From Bacteroidetes bacterium RIFCSPLOWO2_12_FULL_37_12 (GTDB taxonomy: Bacteria > Bacteroidota > Bacteroidia > 2-12-FULL-37-12): 64,000 nt of DNA. Made by a program: the position numbers and the translations under genes. The first letter of the stretch is position 1; the number at the start of each line of letters is the position of its first letter. Location of the stretch: positions 93,125 to 157,124 of the forward strand of contig MEPC01000042.1 of the NCBI GenBank assembly GCA_001769655.1. The letters are read 5' to 3'. Below are positions 9,485-21,700 of this stretch, one piece after another. The notes under the pieces were generated by a model. It saw only the letters and a program-made list of their open reading frames with translations. It did not search any database and had not been told where the DNA came from.

Positions 9485-9928
9485 ACTTTCAACTTCAAAC
9501 ATAATATAATGGGAACATTCCATTCCTGTTTTTTCATAAACCTTCTGCGCCTTAATGTTATTTTTCTCTACATATAACCGGATGCCACATACATTCTTTT
9601 CTTTTTTTGCCAACCGTTTTACTTCCCTGTATAATTTCCGGTAGATGCCCTTTTTACGAAATTCCGGCAATACATAAACACTTTGTATCCACCAAAAAGT
9701 ACTATTTCTCCAGTCAGACCATTCGTTTGTAATCATTAAACTTCCGGCGACAGTGCCATTTATTTCAGCTATCAGATAAAATCCTTTTTCAGGAAATTTC
9801 AATACGGCGCTGACTCCTTTCTGCAAAATAATTTTATTTAAACGCTTTCCTTCGGTTTCATAAGCCATGCGCAGATTATTTTCTACGAGTGACACACTAT
9901 CTTTAATTTGAGCTTTTCGTATGGTCAT
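9482..9928 (-). CDS. GNAT-family N-acetyltransferase
   Basis: 148 aa with an acetyl-CoA-binding-like VLPEFRKKGIYRKL motif. Confidence 0.65.
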   Translation of the reverse strand: MTIRKAQIKDSVSLVENNLRMAYETEGKRLNKIILQKGVSAVLKFPEKGFYLIAEINGTVAGSLMITNEWSDWRNSTFWWIQSVYVLPEFRKKGIYRKLYREVKRLAKKEKNVCGIRLYVEKNNIKAQKVYEKTGMECSHYIMFEVES

Positions 9929-9960
9929 TGGCTATTGGTCATTCGGCATTGGGTATTGAT

Positions 9961-10734
9961 TCACCTCCCTTTAAATTCCGGCTTTCTTTTCCCGATAAAC
10001 GCCTTCATCCCTTCTTTCTGGTCTTCACTGGAAAACGTTAAATAGAAATTTTTTCGTTCAAACTGCAACCCTTCTTCCAATGAGGTCTCAAACGCTCTCA
10101 GTACCGACTCTTTCGCAAGCCGAATTGCCACCGGTGACATGGAGGCAATTTCAGATGCTACATTCAATGCTTCTTCGAGATATAATTCCACCGGAACAAT
10201 TTTATTAATCAGCCCGGCATCCAATGCCTCTTTTGCGCTTATCATTTTTCCTGTAAGCACCATTTCCATCGCTTTTGCCTTTCCCACCGCTCTTGTCAAT
10301 CGTTGAGTGCCACCCGCTCCGGGCATGACCCCTATTTTTATTTCCGGCTGACCAAATCTGGCGGTTTCAGAGGCAATAATCATATCACATAACATAGTAA
10401 GTTCACAACCGCCACCCAATGCAAACCCCGAAACAGCGGCTATCAGCGGTTTTTTTGTTTTCTTAATCTGGTCCCAGGTACTGAACTGGTCAACTTTCAA
10501 CATGTCAATGGCATTTTTATCCGCCATTTCTTTTATATCGGCGCCTGCCGCAAATGCTTTTTCGTTTCCTGTAATAACTATTACTTTTACTGCATCATCT
10601 CCGTCAAGATCTTTCAAGGTATCACGCAGTTCACCCATCAATTGAAGATTCAGCGCATTGAGTTCGTTGGGGCGATTTAAGCGGATGAGCGCTATGAAAG
10701 GACGGGCAGATTTTTCAATGATGAGGTGCTCCAT
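9961..10734 (-). CDS. Enoyl-CoA hydratase/isomerase (crotonase family)
   Basis: Contains GADIKEMAD and AAVSGFALGGGCELTMLCDMIIAS..FGQPEIKIGVMPGAGGTQRL. Confidence 0.8.
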   Translation of the reverse strand: MEHLIIEKSARPFIALIRLNRPNELNALNLQLMGELRDTLKDLDGDDAVKVIVITGNEKAFAAGADIKEMADKNAIDMLKVDQFSTWDQIKKTKKPLIAAVSGFALGGGCELTMLCDMIIASETARFGQPEIKIGVMPGAGGTQRLTRAVGKAKAMEMVLTGKMISAKEALDAGLINKIVPVELYLEEALNVASEIASMSPVAIRLAKESVLRAFETSLEEGLQFERKNFYLTFSSEDQKEGMKAFIGKRKPEFKGR

Positions 10735-10837
10735 GTTATTTTAAGGTGTTTACAAAGGTAAAAAAAAACAATTAACATCATATTTAATTGCCAGAAATTG
10801 TAAATTATATGTTTTTCAATTTTGCAGTAAAAAAATG

Positions 10838-10845
10838 TATCTTTG
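10838..10845 (+). promoter_or_regulatory. Bacteroidota-type -7 promoter box TATCTTTG upstream of pyrG
   Basis: Matches the TAnnTTTG consensus and sits 10 nt before the ATG at 10856, with TTTG at 10821-10824 upstream. Confidence 0.4.
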
Positions 10846-10855
10846 CCCTTTTTAA

Positions 10856-12469
<1,614 letters not shown>

Positions 12470-12503
12470 AGATTGGAAATTTAAAAAAACAATTATAAAT
12501 TAA

Positions 12504-14351
12504 ATGGACAAAAAACAACTCCAGGGCTTATTGGTTATATGTCTGATTCTCATTGTTTATTCATGGTGGTTTATGCCAAAACCCCCGGAAGAACAGAAAA
12601 ACAAAAATCTACCAGAAAACTTTGATTCCTTAAGAAGTGACACTTCTGCGAATACTATCGTTTCAAATAAAAATACTCAAATTATCACAGAAAATACAGA
12701 GCCGGTTTTTTCCGATACTTCAAAATCTATTCGGGAAAAATACGGAGAATGGTTACCCGGTTTGAAGGGAGAAGAAAAAGTGATTTTGTTGGAAAATAAA
12801 GATATTAAAATTTCACTCAACACAAAAGGAGGAAGAATACAGGAAGTGGCATTGAAAAACTACAAAACCTGGGAAAAGAAACCGTTGATACTATTTGATA
12901 GTAATTCCTGTACCATGAACTGGAAGTTCACAACGGGTAACCGGATATTCGATTTGGTGGAATTTTATTACATAAGCCATGAACGGAATGTTTTTGCCAG
13001 AGAAAATGACACTGCAGAAGTGTCACTGCTTCTTTTACTTTCTGATGGAAAAAAAGTTGAAATCAACTATTCTCTTGCGGGAGAAGGGTTTGATTTATTT
13101 TGTGACATTATTTGCACAGGTTTCAAAGAGGATCTTGCCTCAAGCAACAACCCGCTTGAATTTACATGGACAGACCGGCTCATTCGCTTGGAAAGGGACT
13201 TGAAGTACAATCGTCAGCATGCCACTATAAATTTTCAATATGCCAACGGTGATTTTGAAAATTTATCAGAAACAAAAAATGAATATCAGCAGGAATCAAT
13301 GCCAACTCCTGTAAGATGGGTTTCTTTTAAAGATAAATTTTTCTCATCAGCCATAATTTCGGATGCCACTTTTGAAGGCGGATTGGTGAAAAGCGAAGTG
13401 AATGAAGCCGACACCCTTCACGTAAAAAATTTCTCAATGCAAATGTATTTTCCGTGGGATAAGGTCTTATCAGGCGAAGGCAAATTTCATTTTTATTTCG
13501 GACCCAACAACTATCTCAGGTTAAAAAAAGTATCGGCTGGTTTTGAAAAAAATATTTACTTAGGATGGGGAATTTTTGGATGGGTGAACCGTTACGTTAT
13601 CATACCCGTTTTTAACTGGCTTGAAAAATATTTTACGAATTATGGGTTGATTATTTTTCTTCTGGTCTTCATCATCAAATTAGGGCTATTTCCGTTGACG
13701 TATAAGTCATATTTATCCATGGCAAAAACGAAAGTGTTAAAGCCCGAGTTAGACGAGTTGAAGAAAAAGCACGGTGACGACATGACCCGTTTTCAACAGG
13801 AGTCCATGAAACTTTACAAAAGCGCCGGTGTGAATCCTCTGGGTGGCTGTATTCCTCAGTTGTTACAGATTCCCATTTTATTTGCCATGTTTACATTTTT
13901 TCCTTCTTCCATTGAGCTCCGGCAAAAAGCTTTTTTATGGGCGCCTGATTTATCTACGTATGATTCCATTCTCGACCTTCCCTTTACGATTCCATTTTAC
14001 GGAAGTCATATCAGTTTATTTACAATCCTGATGACTGCTTCCACGTTGATTTATACTTGGATGAATCAGCAAATGACAGCGGCGGCAACCGGACAAATGA
14101 AATTTCTCAGTTACGCCATGCCTGTTATTTTTATGTTTGTGCTAAATAGTTTTCCTGCCGCTTTAACGTATTATTATTTTCTATCCAACATTATTACATT
14201 TGGTCAGATGGCGCTTATCCGTTCGTTTGTGGATGAAAATAAAATCCGTCAGGAGATAGAACAAAACAAACTAAAACCACCCAAGCAGAAATCTGCCTTT
14301 CAACGGCGGTTGGAGGAAGCGGCGAAAGCAAGGGGCGTGAAGGTGAAATAA
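12504..14351 (+). CDS. yidC: Membrane protein insertase YidC
   Basis: 615 aa with a large periplasmic domain followed by the conserved YidC/Oxa1 core (LFPLTYKSYLSMAKTKVLKPELDELKKK, NPLGGCIP). Confidence 0.85.
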   Translation: MDKKQLQGLLVICLILIVYSWWFMPKPPEEQKNKNLPENFDSLRSDTSANTIVSNKNTQIITENTEPVFSDTSKSIREKYGEWLPGLKGEEKVILLENKDIKISLNTKGGRIQEVALKNYKTWEKKPLILFDSNSCTMNWKFTTGNRIFDLVEFYYISHERNVFARENDTAEVSLLLLLSDGKKVEINYSLAGEGFDLFCDIICTGFKEDLASSNNPLEFTWTDRLIRLERDLKYNRQHATINFQYANGDFENLSETKNEYQQESMPTPVRWVSFKDKFFSSAIISDATFEGGLVKSEVNEADTLHVKNFSMQMYFPWDKVLSGEGKFHFYFGPNNYLRLKKVSAGFEKNIYLGWGIFGWVNRYVIIPVFNWLEKYFTNYGLIIFLLVFIIKLGLFPLTYKSYLSMAKTKVLKPELDELKKKHGDDMTRFQQESMKLYKSAGVNPLGGCIPQLLQIPILFAMFTFFPSSIELRQKAFLWAPDLSTYDSILDLPFTIPFYGSHISLFTILMTASTLIYTWMNQQMTAAATGQMKFLSYAMPVIFMFVLNSFPAALTYYYFLSNIITFGQMALIRSFVDENKIRQEIEQNKLKPPKQKSAFQRRLEEAAKARGVKVK

Positions 14352-14715
14352 CTTTATTCTATGTTTCCCCCCCCAAAAAAAACTTTAACAAAAATTTGGA
14401 ATTTAAAAAAATAGTATTATCTTTGTCGTGGGTTTCATAAAATAACCTCGAAAACCCAGGTTAATCGCCACCAAATAGTTCTTTTTAAATTACATCCTTA
14501 TAAGTTCTCTTTTAATACGCCCTTTAGGGTAATAATCTATATAATATAATTATAGTGTTGAAAGCCATAGTAGCCGATATTATTAACTAATCCGTGATTT
14601 TATTGTTAATAGCTTCACCAAGGTGTCCCCGCTTCCTTTTATTTTCTTAATGTAATGAGGGTAGTTTTTTATTTTGGGATTCTCTCCTTGCTTAAATTGG
14701 AAGAAGGAATTTTGA

Positions 14716-14800
14716 CTATATATTCCAACATTCCATTTTTCCAACATTCCATTATTCCAATATTTTAACTTTTAATTTTATTTCACAACAAACCCAAGTA
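14716..14800 (+). promoter_or_regulatory. G-less, C-containing leader segment with a (TTCCAACATTCCAT)2 tandem immediately upstream of rho. I read it as a candidate rut-like autoregulatory site.
   Basis: About 85 nt with essentially no G, ending at the rho start, inside an unusually long 450-nt intergenic region after yidC. Confidence 0.35.
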
Positions 14801-14802
14801 AC

Positions 14803-16023
14803 ATGGAAAAATCAGAAACAACCTTTGAATCTACCAATTATTCAGACAACCCAACGAAAGATGAAAGACACGCAGAAAACCATTCCGGGCTTGAAGGATT
14901 CTCGGAACTCGATGGGGTGGTTTCCAACGATGGTGTTCTGGAGATGATGCCCGAAGGTTTCGGATTCCTCCGTTCTTCCGATTATAATTATTTATCCAGT
15001 CCCGATGACGTTTATGTTTCTCATTCTCAAATCAAATTATTTGGGTTAAAAACAGGAGACACCGTCAGGGGGCAAATCAGACCTCCCAGAGAAGGTGAGA
15101 AATTTTTTGCGCTTCTCAGAGTGGAATCCATCAATGGAAGAACCACCGATGAAATAAGAGATCGTATCCAGTTTGACCATCTTACCCCACTATTTCCAAA
15201 CGAAAGGTTCAAATTATCAACAACTCCGGATGAATATTCCACACGGATAATGGATTTATTTTCTCCGATTGGGAAAGGACAAAGGGGGATGATTGTTTCT
15301 CAGCCAAAATCCGGTAAGACAGTTCTTTTGCAACAAATCGCAAATGCTATTGCCAAAAATCACCCGGAAGCATACCTGATGATACTTCTTGTGGATGAAC
15401 GTCCTGAAGAAGTGACCGATATGGAGCGAAGTGTGAAAGCAGAAGTAATTGCTTCTACTTTTGATGAGCCGGCTGAAAAACACGTAAGAGTGGCGGCTAT
15501 GGTTCTTGAAAAAGCAAAGCGAATGGTAGAATGTGGACATGATGTTGTGGTTTTATTGGATTCTATTACCCGTCTTGCCCGTGCACATAATACCGTTACT
15601 CCGGCTTCAGGAAAAATATTATCAGGGGGTGTTGATGCCAATGCACTGCATAAACCAAAACGTTTTTTTGGCGCGGCAAGAAAAGTGGAAGGTGGCGGCT
15701 CTCTTACCATTATTGCTACTGCATTAATTGATACCGGCTCAAAAATGGACGAGGTGATTTTTGAAGAATTTAAAGGAACCGGCAACATGGAACTCCAACT
15801 CGACCGTAAATTATCCAACAAAAGAATTTATCCCGCCATTGATGTTCCCGCTTCCGGTACCCGCCGTGAAGAATTGCTGATGGACCATGAAGAATTAAAC
15901 CGTGTCTGGATTTTACGCAAACACATGTCGGATATGAATTCCGGCGAAGCCATTGAATTCCTATTATCTAACATGAAAGGAACGAAAAACAATGATGAAT
16001 TTCTGGTTTCTATGAACCGATAG
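14803..16023 (+). CDS. rho: Transcription termination factor Rho (short N-terminus)
   Basis: Has the OB-fold/CSD motif [15 protein letters not shown], Walker A SQPKSGKT and the Q/R loops ([28 protein letters not shown]). The first about 40 aa are low-complexity and do not resemble the canonical N-terminal helix bundle. Confidence 0.85.
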   Translation: MEKSETTFESTNYSDNPTKDERHAENHSGLEGFSELDGVVSNDGVLEMMPEGFGFLRSSDYNYLSSPDDVYVSHSQIKLFGLKTGDTVRGQIRPPREGEKFFALLRVESINGRTTDEIRDRIQFDHLTPLFPNERFKLSTTPDEYSTRIMDLFSPIGKGQRGMIVSQPKSGKTVLLQQIANAIAKNHPEAYLMILLVDERPEEVTDMERSVKAEVIASTFDEPAEKHVRVAAMVLEKAKRMVECGHDVVVLLDSITRLARAHNTVTPASGKILSGGVDANALHKPKRFFGAARKVEGGGSLTIIATALIDTGSKMDEVIFEEFKGTGNMELQLDRKLSNKRIYPAIDVPASGTRREELLMDHEELNRVWILRKHMSDMNSGEAIEFLLSNMKGTKNNDEFLVSMNR

Positions 16024-16088
16024 TACGGATTCAATAATAATTCCAACTATTTCATAACTTTACGGCTGATTTTCTCAAAAACTGCATA

Positions 16089-19000
16089 ATGAAAAAGGGC
16101 TTAAAGTATTTTTTTATCTTACTTGGAATTTTATTCCTCTTACTGTTGATTACCCCCATCCTCTTTAAAGGTAAAATTAAAGAGAAATTAGACCAGGAAA
16201 TAACAAAAAACATTAACGCATCTGTTTATTATCCTGAAATTTCACTATCTGTTTTTTCAAATTTTCCTGACATTACATTACAGCTTGATAATTTCGGAAT
16301 CGTGGGAAAAGATGAGTTCGCAAACGACACCCTGGCTGATGTAAAGAGTTTGCAGGTTACATTGGGAATCTGGAGTGTCATCGGCAATTCAAAAATTTCT
16401 ATTAAAAAAATACTGCTCGAACAACCTAGAATAGTTGCAAAAGTGATGAAAAACGGAAAGGCAAATTGGGACATTATGATTCCTTCCGAAGACACTACTA
16501 CCGGCGAAACCGGATCTTCTTCCTTTTCAATCAACCTGAATAAATGGATGCTCGAAAAAGGAAATATCCGTTACATTGATGAAACACTGCCTGTTTCCCT
16601 TCGCATAGAAAATTTATATCACAGTGGTTCCGGTGATTTCAGCGGCGACTATACTTCCATGAATATCGAAATTGAAACGCCCGCAGTGACACTTGATTAC
16701 GATGGCGTAAAATATCTTAATGGGAATTCATTGAATGTTTCCGCCGGTCTTGATTTGGATCTGAAAAATCAAAAATATGTTTTTCGCAAAAATTCTGTGG
16801 GAATTAATGATTTAACGCTTTCGCTAGATGGCAACCTTGAAATGCCAGGAGAGGATATCAAAATGGACCTGAAATTCGGGACGGGTAAAACAGAGTTTAA
16901 AAGTTTGCTCTCTCTTGTTCCCGGTGTATTTACAGGAGAATTTGACAAAATTAAAACCTCCGGAAGTTTTACACTTGATGGAACTGCGAAAGGAATTTTC
17001 AACAGCGCCACAAACACACTCCCTGCATACACGTTGAATCTTGCGGTTGAAAACGGATTTTTTCAGTATCCCGATTTACCCCAACCCGTTAAAAATTTAA
17101 CCATTAAATTGAATATTGAAAATCAGGATGGGCTTTCTGAAAACACATCCCTTTCCATTTCACAATTCCATGCTGAATTGGGAAATAACCCGATTGATTT
17201 AAAATTTTCCATGAAAGGACTTGAAACGATGAATCTCGATGGAGAAATTAAAGGAAAAATTAATCTTTCCGATATAGTGAAATCGTTGCCGATTTCAAAT
17301 TTAGAGATGAGAGGTCAGCTTGCAATGGATGCATCTGCAAAAGGTATTTACAATGTAAAAAATAAATCAATGCCTTCTGTAATGGCGTCAGTGACACTTG
17401 AAAACGGATATTTTAAAAGCCCGCAGTTTCCTTCTGTAATTGATAAAACAACTTTCGCTCTCGATGCCTCCAGTGCCACCGGAAAACCCGAAGATACGTA
17501 TCTTGATTTAAAATCATTTCATGCGGAGATTGATAATCAACCGTTGGATGCTGTCTTGCAAATCAAAAACATAGACGACCCTGCTTATAATCTGAATCTG
17601 AATGGAAAAATTGATCTTGAAAAAATCATGAAAATTTTTCCACAGGAAAACCTGACGCTTTCCGGTTTAATGGATATCTCCCTTAAAACAGCAGGCAGAA
17701 AATCTTACGTCGAATCAGGAAAATATATGCAACTGCCTACTTCCGGGAGCATAAAAATTTCTAATCTTGAATTTAAGGGCGATTCATTTCCCCAGGGTTT
17801 GAAAATAAGTTCAGCCACACTCGCATTTTCACCACAGCAACTAAAACTTGACCCGTGCAAAGGTTTTGCAGGAAAATCAGATTTTAGTGTCACTGGAAAT
17901 CTGACTAATTACCTGGCATTTATTTTACTCAAAAATGAAAAGTTGAAAGGAACCCTTTCACTTACTTGCAATAAGTTTGACGTAAATGAATGGCTGAGTG
18001 AGCAAGCGGCTGACCCAAAAACTTCAGAAGCAACAACACTACCGCCTGCTGATACATCACAAGCAGTAGAAATTCCGACTACTATTGACTTTGAAATGAA
18101 TGTTGGAATTAACACTTTGTTATTTCAAAATCTCACATTAAACGATTTCAAGGGAGGTATCATTATCCGTGATAAAAAATTAACATTAAGCAAGACCTCA
18201 TTTACAACGTTAGATGGAAATGTTTCCATGGATGGCACTTTTGATACACAGAATAAAGTAGAACCAAAGATGAATTTTATGTTGAATCTGAATCAGATTG
18301 ATATTTCAAAAGCGTATGAAACATTCAATACCGTTCGTTCCATGGCGCCGGTAGCGAGGTATTCCAAAGGGAAGGTATCCACTAAATTTATAATAGCCGG
18401 AAAAATGGATGCGGCATTATCTCCCCAGTTAAACACCTTTGAAGGGAATGGTAAAATCAATCTGAGCAAGTTGGAAGTTACTAATTTTCCGGCTCTCAAT
18501 TCCATTGCAGAATTTACACATATTAATGATTTCAAATCCATGCAATTTAAAGACATGTTGCTCGAAGTTGAAATAAAGGAAGGCAGAGTGCACGTAAAAC
18601 CCTTTGATGTACAGAGCGGAAACATGAAAGCAAACATAGCCGGAAGCAATGGCATTGACAAAACTATGGATTACCTGATGAAATTAGATGTCCCCTCAGG
18701 TGCGGCAGGTCAGTTGGCGAATGCCGCTTTTTCTGCATTGACAGGGCAAAAAAATCTGATTGGGGAAAGAGTGAAAATTAATCTTAACATTGGTGGCACT
18801 GTGGATGATCCCAAGGTTACCGGAGGGAGCATTGAAAACAGCAGTGACACTAAAAACGCGGTGGATGATAAAGTCAGAAAGGAAACGGAACGGTTGAAGA
18901 AAGAGGCGGAAGACAAGGTGAGAGCCGAAGCTGACAGAGTGAAAAGGGAAGCAGAAGCGAGAACAAAAGCGGAAGCGGACCGGATAAAAGCAGAAGCGGA

Positions 19001-19118
19001 AAAAAAGAAGCGGGAAGCGGAAGAAAAGGTAAGACAGGAGGCAGACCGACTTAAAAAAGAAGCCGAGCAAAAAGCGAAAGATGCATTGAAGGGGAAAGTA
19101 CCGTTGAAGTTTCCGTGA
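16089..19118 (+). CDS. AsmA-family outer-membrane biogenesis protein with a charged C-terminal coiled-coil tail
   Basis: 1009 aa with an N-terminal TM anchor followed by a long beta-rich region typical of AsmA/TamB-like proteins. The C-terminus carries AEADR[VI]K[RA]EAE repeats. Confidence 0.5.
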   Translation: MKKGLKYFFILLGILFLLLLITPILFKGKIKEKLDQEITKNINASVYYPEISLSVFSNFPDITLQLDNFGIVGKDEFANDTLADVKSLQVTLGIWSVIGNSKISIKKILLEQPRIVAKVMKNGKANWDIMIPSEDTTTGETGSSSFSINLNKWMLEKGNIRYIDETLPVSLRIENLYHSGSGDFSGDYTSMNIEIETPAVTLDYDGVKYLNGNSLNVSAGLDLDLKNQKYVFRKNSVGINDLTLSLDGNLEMPGEDIKMDLKFGTGKTEFKSLLSLVPGVFTGEFDKIKTSGSFTLDGTAKGIFNSATNTLPAYTLNLAVENGFFQYPDLPQPVKNLTIKLNIENQDGLSENTSLSISQFHAELGNNPIDLKFSMKGLETMNLDGEIKGKINLSDIVKSLPISNLEMRGQLAMDASAKGIYNVKNKSMPSVMASVTLENGYFKSPQFPSVIDKTTFALDASSATGKPEDTYLDLKSFHAEIDNQPLDAVLQIKNIDDPAYNLNLNGKIDLEKIMKIFPQENLTLSGLMDISLKTAGRKSYVESGKYMQLPTSGSIKISNLEFKGDSFPQGLKISSATLAFSPQQLKLDPCKGFAGKSDFSVTGNLTNYLAFILLKNEKLKGTLSLTCNKFDVNEWLSEQAADPKTSEATTLPPADTSQAVEIPTTIDFEMNVGINTLLFQNLTLNDFKGGIIIRDKKLTLSKTSFTTLDGNVSMDGTFDTQNKVEPKMNFMLNLNQIDISKAYETFNTVRSMAPVARYSKGKVSTKFIIAGKMDAALSPQLNTFEGNGKINLSKLEVTNFPALNSIAEFTHINDFKSMQFKDMLLEVEIKEGRVHVKPFDVQSGNMKANIAGSNGIDKTMDYLMKLDVPSGAAGQLANAAFSALTGQKNLIGERVKINLNIGGTVDDPKVTGGSIENSSDTKNAVDDKVRKETERLKKEAEDKVRAEADRVKREAEARTKAEADRIKAEAEKKKREAEEKVRQEADRLKKEAEQKAKDALKGKVPLKFP

Positions 19119-19124
19119 TAATTA

Positions 19125-19190
19125 GAAATTAGGCATTAGTCATTGGTCATTAGAAATTACAACCAATGACTAATGACTAATGACCAATTT
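19125..19190. terminator. Hairpin built from CATTAGT/CATTGGT heptamer repeats, downstream of the AsmA-family gene
   Basis: aggcattagtcattggtcatta-gaaattacaa-ccaatgactaatgactaatgacca, followed by attttg. Confidence 0.45.
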
Positions 19191-19492
19191 TGAAAATCTT
19201 TGAAAAAATTACTGTAACCATTCCTTATGAAAAGGAAGAGTTTTTCTTTACTCAGTTGATTACGGTAAGAAGAAAATTTTACAGCAAAGTTTGCGAATCC
19301 TACCATATTGTGAAGGACCTGGTAGCATCAAACAATAAATCCGTATATATACACTTCTTGTTATTTTTCCGTTCCATGGATATGTATCGTCTTTACCTTG
19401 ATATTCCTGAAAGGAAAATATTGGCGGAGGAATTAAACCGGTTTTGCGGACCCGTAGGAGAAAAAGTGGTAGTTTATAAAGTGGAGAACTGA
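19190..19492 (+). CDS. Hypothetical small protein (TTG start). Coding status uncertain.
   Basis: 100-aa ORF with no recognisable motifs, convergent with manC. Confidence 0.2.
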   Translation: MKIFEKITVTIPYEKEEFFFTQLITVRRKFYSKVCESYHIVKDLVASNNKSVYIHFLLFFRSMDMYRLYLDIPERKILAEELNRFCGPVGEKVVVYKVEN

Positions 19493-19496
19493 TTTT

Positions 19497-20573
19497 TCAG
19501 ATATACTTATTCCATTTCTCTAATCGTAACGCCGCCACGAAATCTTTTATTCGTTGCTCCTGTCCACGGTGACAAATAAGCAAAATACCATCGGCTTCCG
19601 CCACAATGTAATCCTTTAGCCCTTGTATGACGGCTAACTTTTCTCCACCCAGTTTTATAATGCTATTGGATGTCTCAAATAAAAGCATGTTTCCATCCAC
19701 CGCATTTCCTTGTTCATCCTGGTGATGCAATTCATACAAGGCATTCCAGGTTCCTACATCCGACCAGTCAAAATCGCCCGGAATTACATACGTATTAGTG
19801 GCTTTTTCCATAATCCCGATATCTATGGAAACGTTTTTACAAAGAGAATAGGTTTTTGTGATAAAATCATTTTCTTTTTTAGTGTGGTAAAATTCGTTTC
19901 CTTCTGCAAAAATTTCAGCCATCTGCGGTAAATGTTTTTCAAATGCCTCAATGATTGTTTTTACCGACCATATAAACATACCGGAGTTCCATAAAAAATC
20001 CCCGCTTTTAAAGAATGTTTCTGCGATTTCTTTTACCGGTTTTTCTGTAAAAGTTTTTACCTTTCTTATTGTTTTCCGTTTGTCTTTATCCATAAACTGA
20101 ATATAACCATATCCGGTATCGGGTCTGCGGGGTTTTATTCCGAGTGTCACTAATGCCGGTTCTTTATGGGCGGAAAGAACTGCCTGATTAATTACTGCAC
20201 GGAATTCTTCTTCTTTTTGTATAATATGATCAGAGGGGGTAACCACAGTAACGGCGCCGGGATCTAATTTGGCAATCTTATAGCTGGCATAAGCAATGCA
20301 GGGAGCTGTATTTCGTGCCACCGGTTCAGCAAGAATCTGGTTATCGCTTAAATCAGGCAGTTGTTTCTTTACAAGCTCTACATAAATCTGGTTGGTTACT
20401 ACATAAATATTTTTTGGATTTGTAAGAGGTAAAAACCGTTCGTATGTTTGTTGAATCATGGTTTTTCCCGTTCCTAAAATATCGAGAAATTGCTTGGGGT
20501 GAGGAGTACGACTCAATGGCCAGAATCGGCTACCTACGCCTCCAGCCATGATTATGATATAGGGTTGTTTCAT
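19497..20573 (-). CDS. manC: Mannose-1-phosphate guanylyltransferase
   Basis: IIMAGGVGSRFWPLSRTPHPKQFL is the nucleotidyltransferase N-terminus. Confidence 0.8.
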   Translation of the reverse strand: MKQPYIIIMAGGVGSRFWPLSRTPHPKQFLDILGTGKTMIQQTYERFLPLTNPKNIYVVTNQIYVELVKKQLPDLSDNQILAEPVARNTAPCIAYASYKIAKLDPGAVTVVTPSDHIIQKEEEFRAVINQAVLSAHKEPALVTLGIKPRRPDTGYGYIQFMDKDKRKTIRKVKTFTEKPVKEIAETFFKSGDFLWNSGMFIWSVKTIIEAFEKHLPQMAEIFAEGNEFYHTKKENDFITKTYSLCKNVSIDIGIMEKATNTYVIPGDFDWSDVGTWNALYELHHQDEQGNAVDGNMLLFETSNSIIKLGGEKLAVIQGLKDYIVAEADGILLICHRGQEQRIKDFVAALRLEKWNKYI

Positions 20574-20588
20574 AGTTTTTAAAATTTG

Positions 20589-21557
20589 TTACAATAATCC
20601 CTCTTTAATCAAATCATGAATATGCACCACGCCAAATAATTTTCCATCTTTTAATGCGATCACCTGGGTAATTTTATTTTCTTTAATAACAGGAATTGCC
20701 TCAGCCGCATAAGCAAGGTAATCTATAGTTCTTGGATTTTTACTCATAATGTCAATCGCCTTCATCCTGGAAAAATTTTTATTTTTTTCGAGCATTCTTC
20801 TTAAATCACCGTCTGTGACAATTCCCAACACAGTGCCACTTTTATCAGTTACTACGGCGGCGCCTAATCGTTTTGAAGTAATTTCAAGAATGACATCGTT
20901 CACAGGCGTATCTGAAAATACATTTGGATTTTCATGTTGTGTGCAAATATCTTTTATACGCAGATATATTTTTTTTCCTATTTGTCCGCCCGGATGTAAT
21001 TTTCCGAAATCCTCTACTGTAAACCCACGACATTCGAGCAAACAAACCGCCAATGCATCTCCCATAACCATGGTCGCAGTAGTACTGTTTGTAGGCAACA
21101 TATTTTCAAGTCCTGATTCATTTTTTACTTTCACATTCAATAGATTAGTTACATTTTCTCCAAGATAAGAATTCTTATTTCCTGTAATTCCAATGGTCTT
21201 GCATCCTGTTTTTTTTATCTGTGGCAACAACGCTTTTATTTCAGGTGTATTTCCGCTATAAGAAATACAAATAACTATATCTTCTTTCTGAATAATTCCC
21301 ATGTCGCCGTGAATGGCATCAGCCGCATGCATAAAAACAGAAGGGGTTCCTGTGGAATTAAATGTAGAAACAATTTTATTTCCCACAATAGCGCTTTTTC
21401 CAATGCCTGTTACAATCACCCGCCCCTTGCATTTCAGAATTTCTTTTACACAATTAATAAAATCAGCGTTTATGGAATGAACCAGCGAACGAATGGATTC
21501 TGCCTCCGATAATATTGTCTGGATGGCTTTATTCTTAATATTTTTCGTATCTTTCAA
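20589..21557 (-). CDS. kdsD: KpsF/GutQ-family arabinose-5-phosphate isomerase (SIS plus tandem CBS domains)
   Basis: SIS motifs VTGIGKSAIVGNKI and ISYSGNTPE, followed by a C-terminal CBS pair. Confidence 0.8.
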   Translation of the reverse strand: MKDTKNIKNKAIQTILSEAESIRSLVHSINADFINCVKEILKCKGRVIVTGIGKSAIVGNKIVSTFNSTGTPSVFMHAADAIHGDMGIIQKEDIVICISYSGNTPEIKALLPQIKKTGCKTIGITGNKNSYLGENVTNLLNVKVKNESGLENMLPTNSTTATMVMGDALAVCLLECRGFTVEDFGKLHPGGQIGKKIYLRIKDICTQHENPNVFSDTPVNDVILEITSKRLGAAVVTDKSGTVLGIVTDGDLRRMLEKNKNFSRMKAIDIMSKNPRTIDYLAYAAEAIPVIKENKITQVIALKDGKLFGVVHIHDLIKEGLL

Positions 21558-21700
21558 GGGTTATTAATCTTTTTAGCTGAAAATCAATTAGTTAGGTAAT
21601 TAGCCGGCTTTTATAATAAATAACAAATTTAGTTAAATTAATTTGAATAATATTTTTTTTTTGTAAATTCGTATTCCTTTTTGCCAATTAGTGTAAACAG

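Noticed and set aside
14352-14802. tRNA or other structured RNA gene in the long yidC-rho spacer (and in the spacers at 31869-32228, 55858-56084, 61604-61744)
   Set aside because: I found no cloverleaf-compatible segments or T-loop GTTCRANYC motifs. The spacers contain only local hairpins.
15027-16046. Antisense ORFs within rho (including 15360-15821, 153 aa)
   Set aside because: They overlap the conserved Rho ATPase domain on the opposite strand and are Ser/Pro-rich mirror frames.
18696-19070. Minus-strand low-complexity ORFs (Phe-, Arg- and Ser-rich) at the AsmA 3' end
   Set aside because: They are mirror-frame translations of the Lys/Glu/Ala-rich coiled-coil coding repeats.
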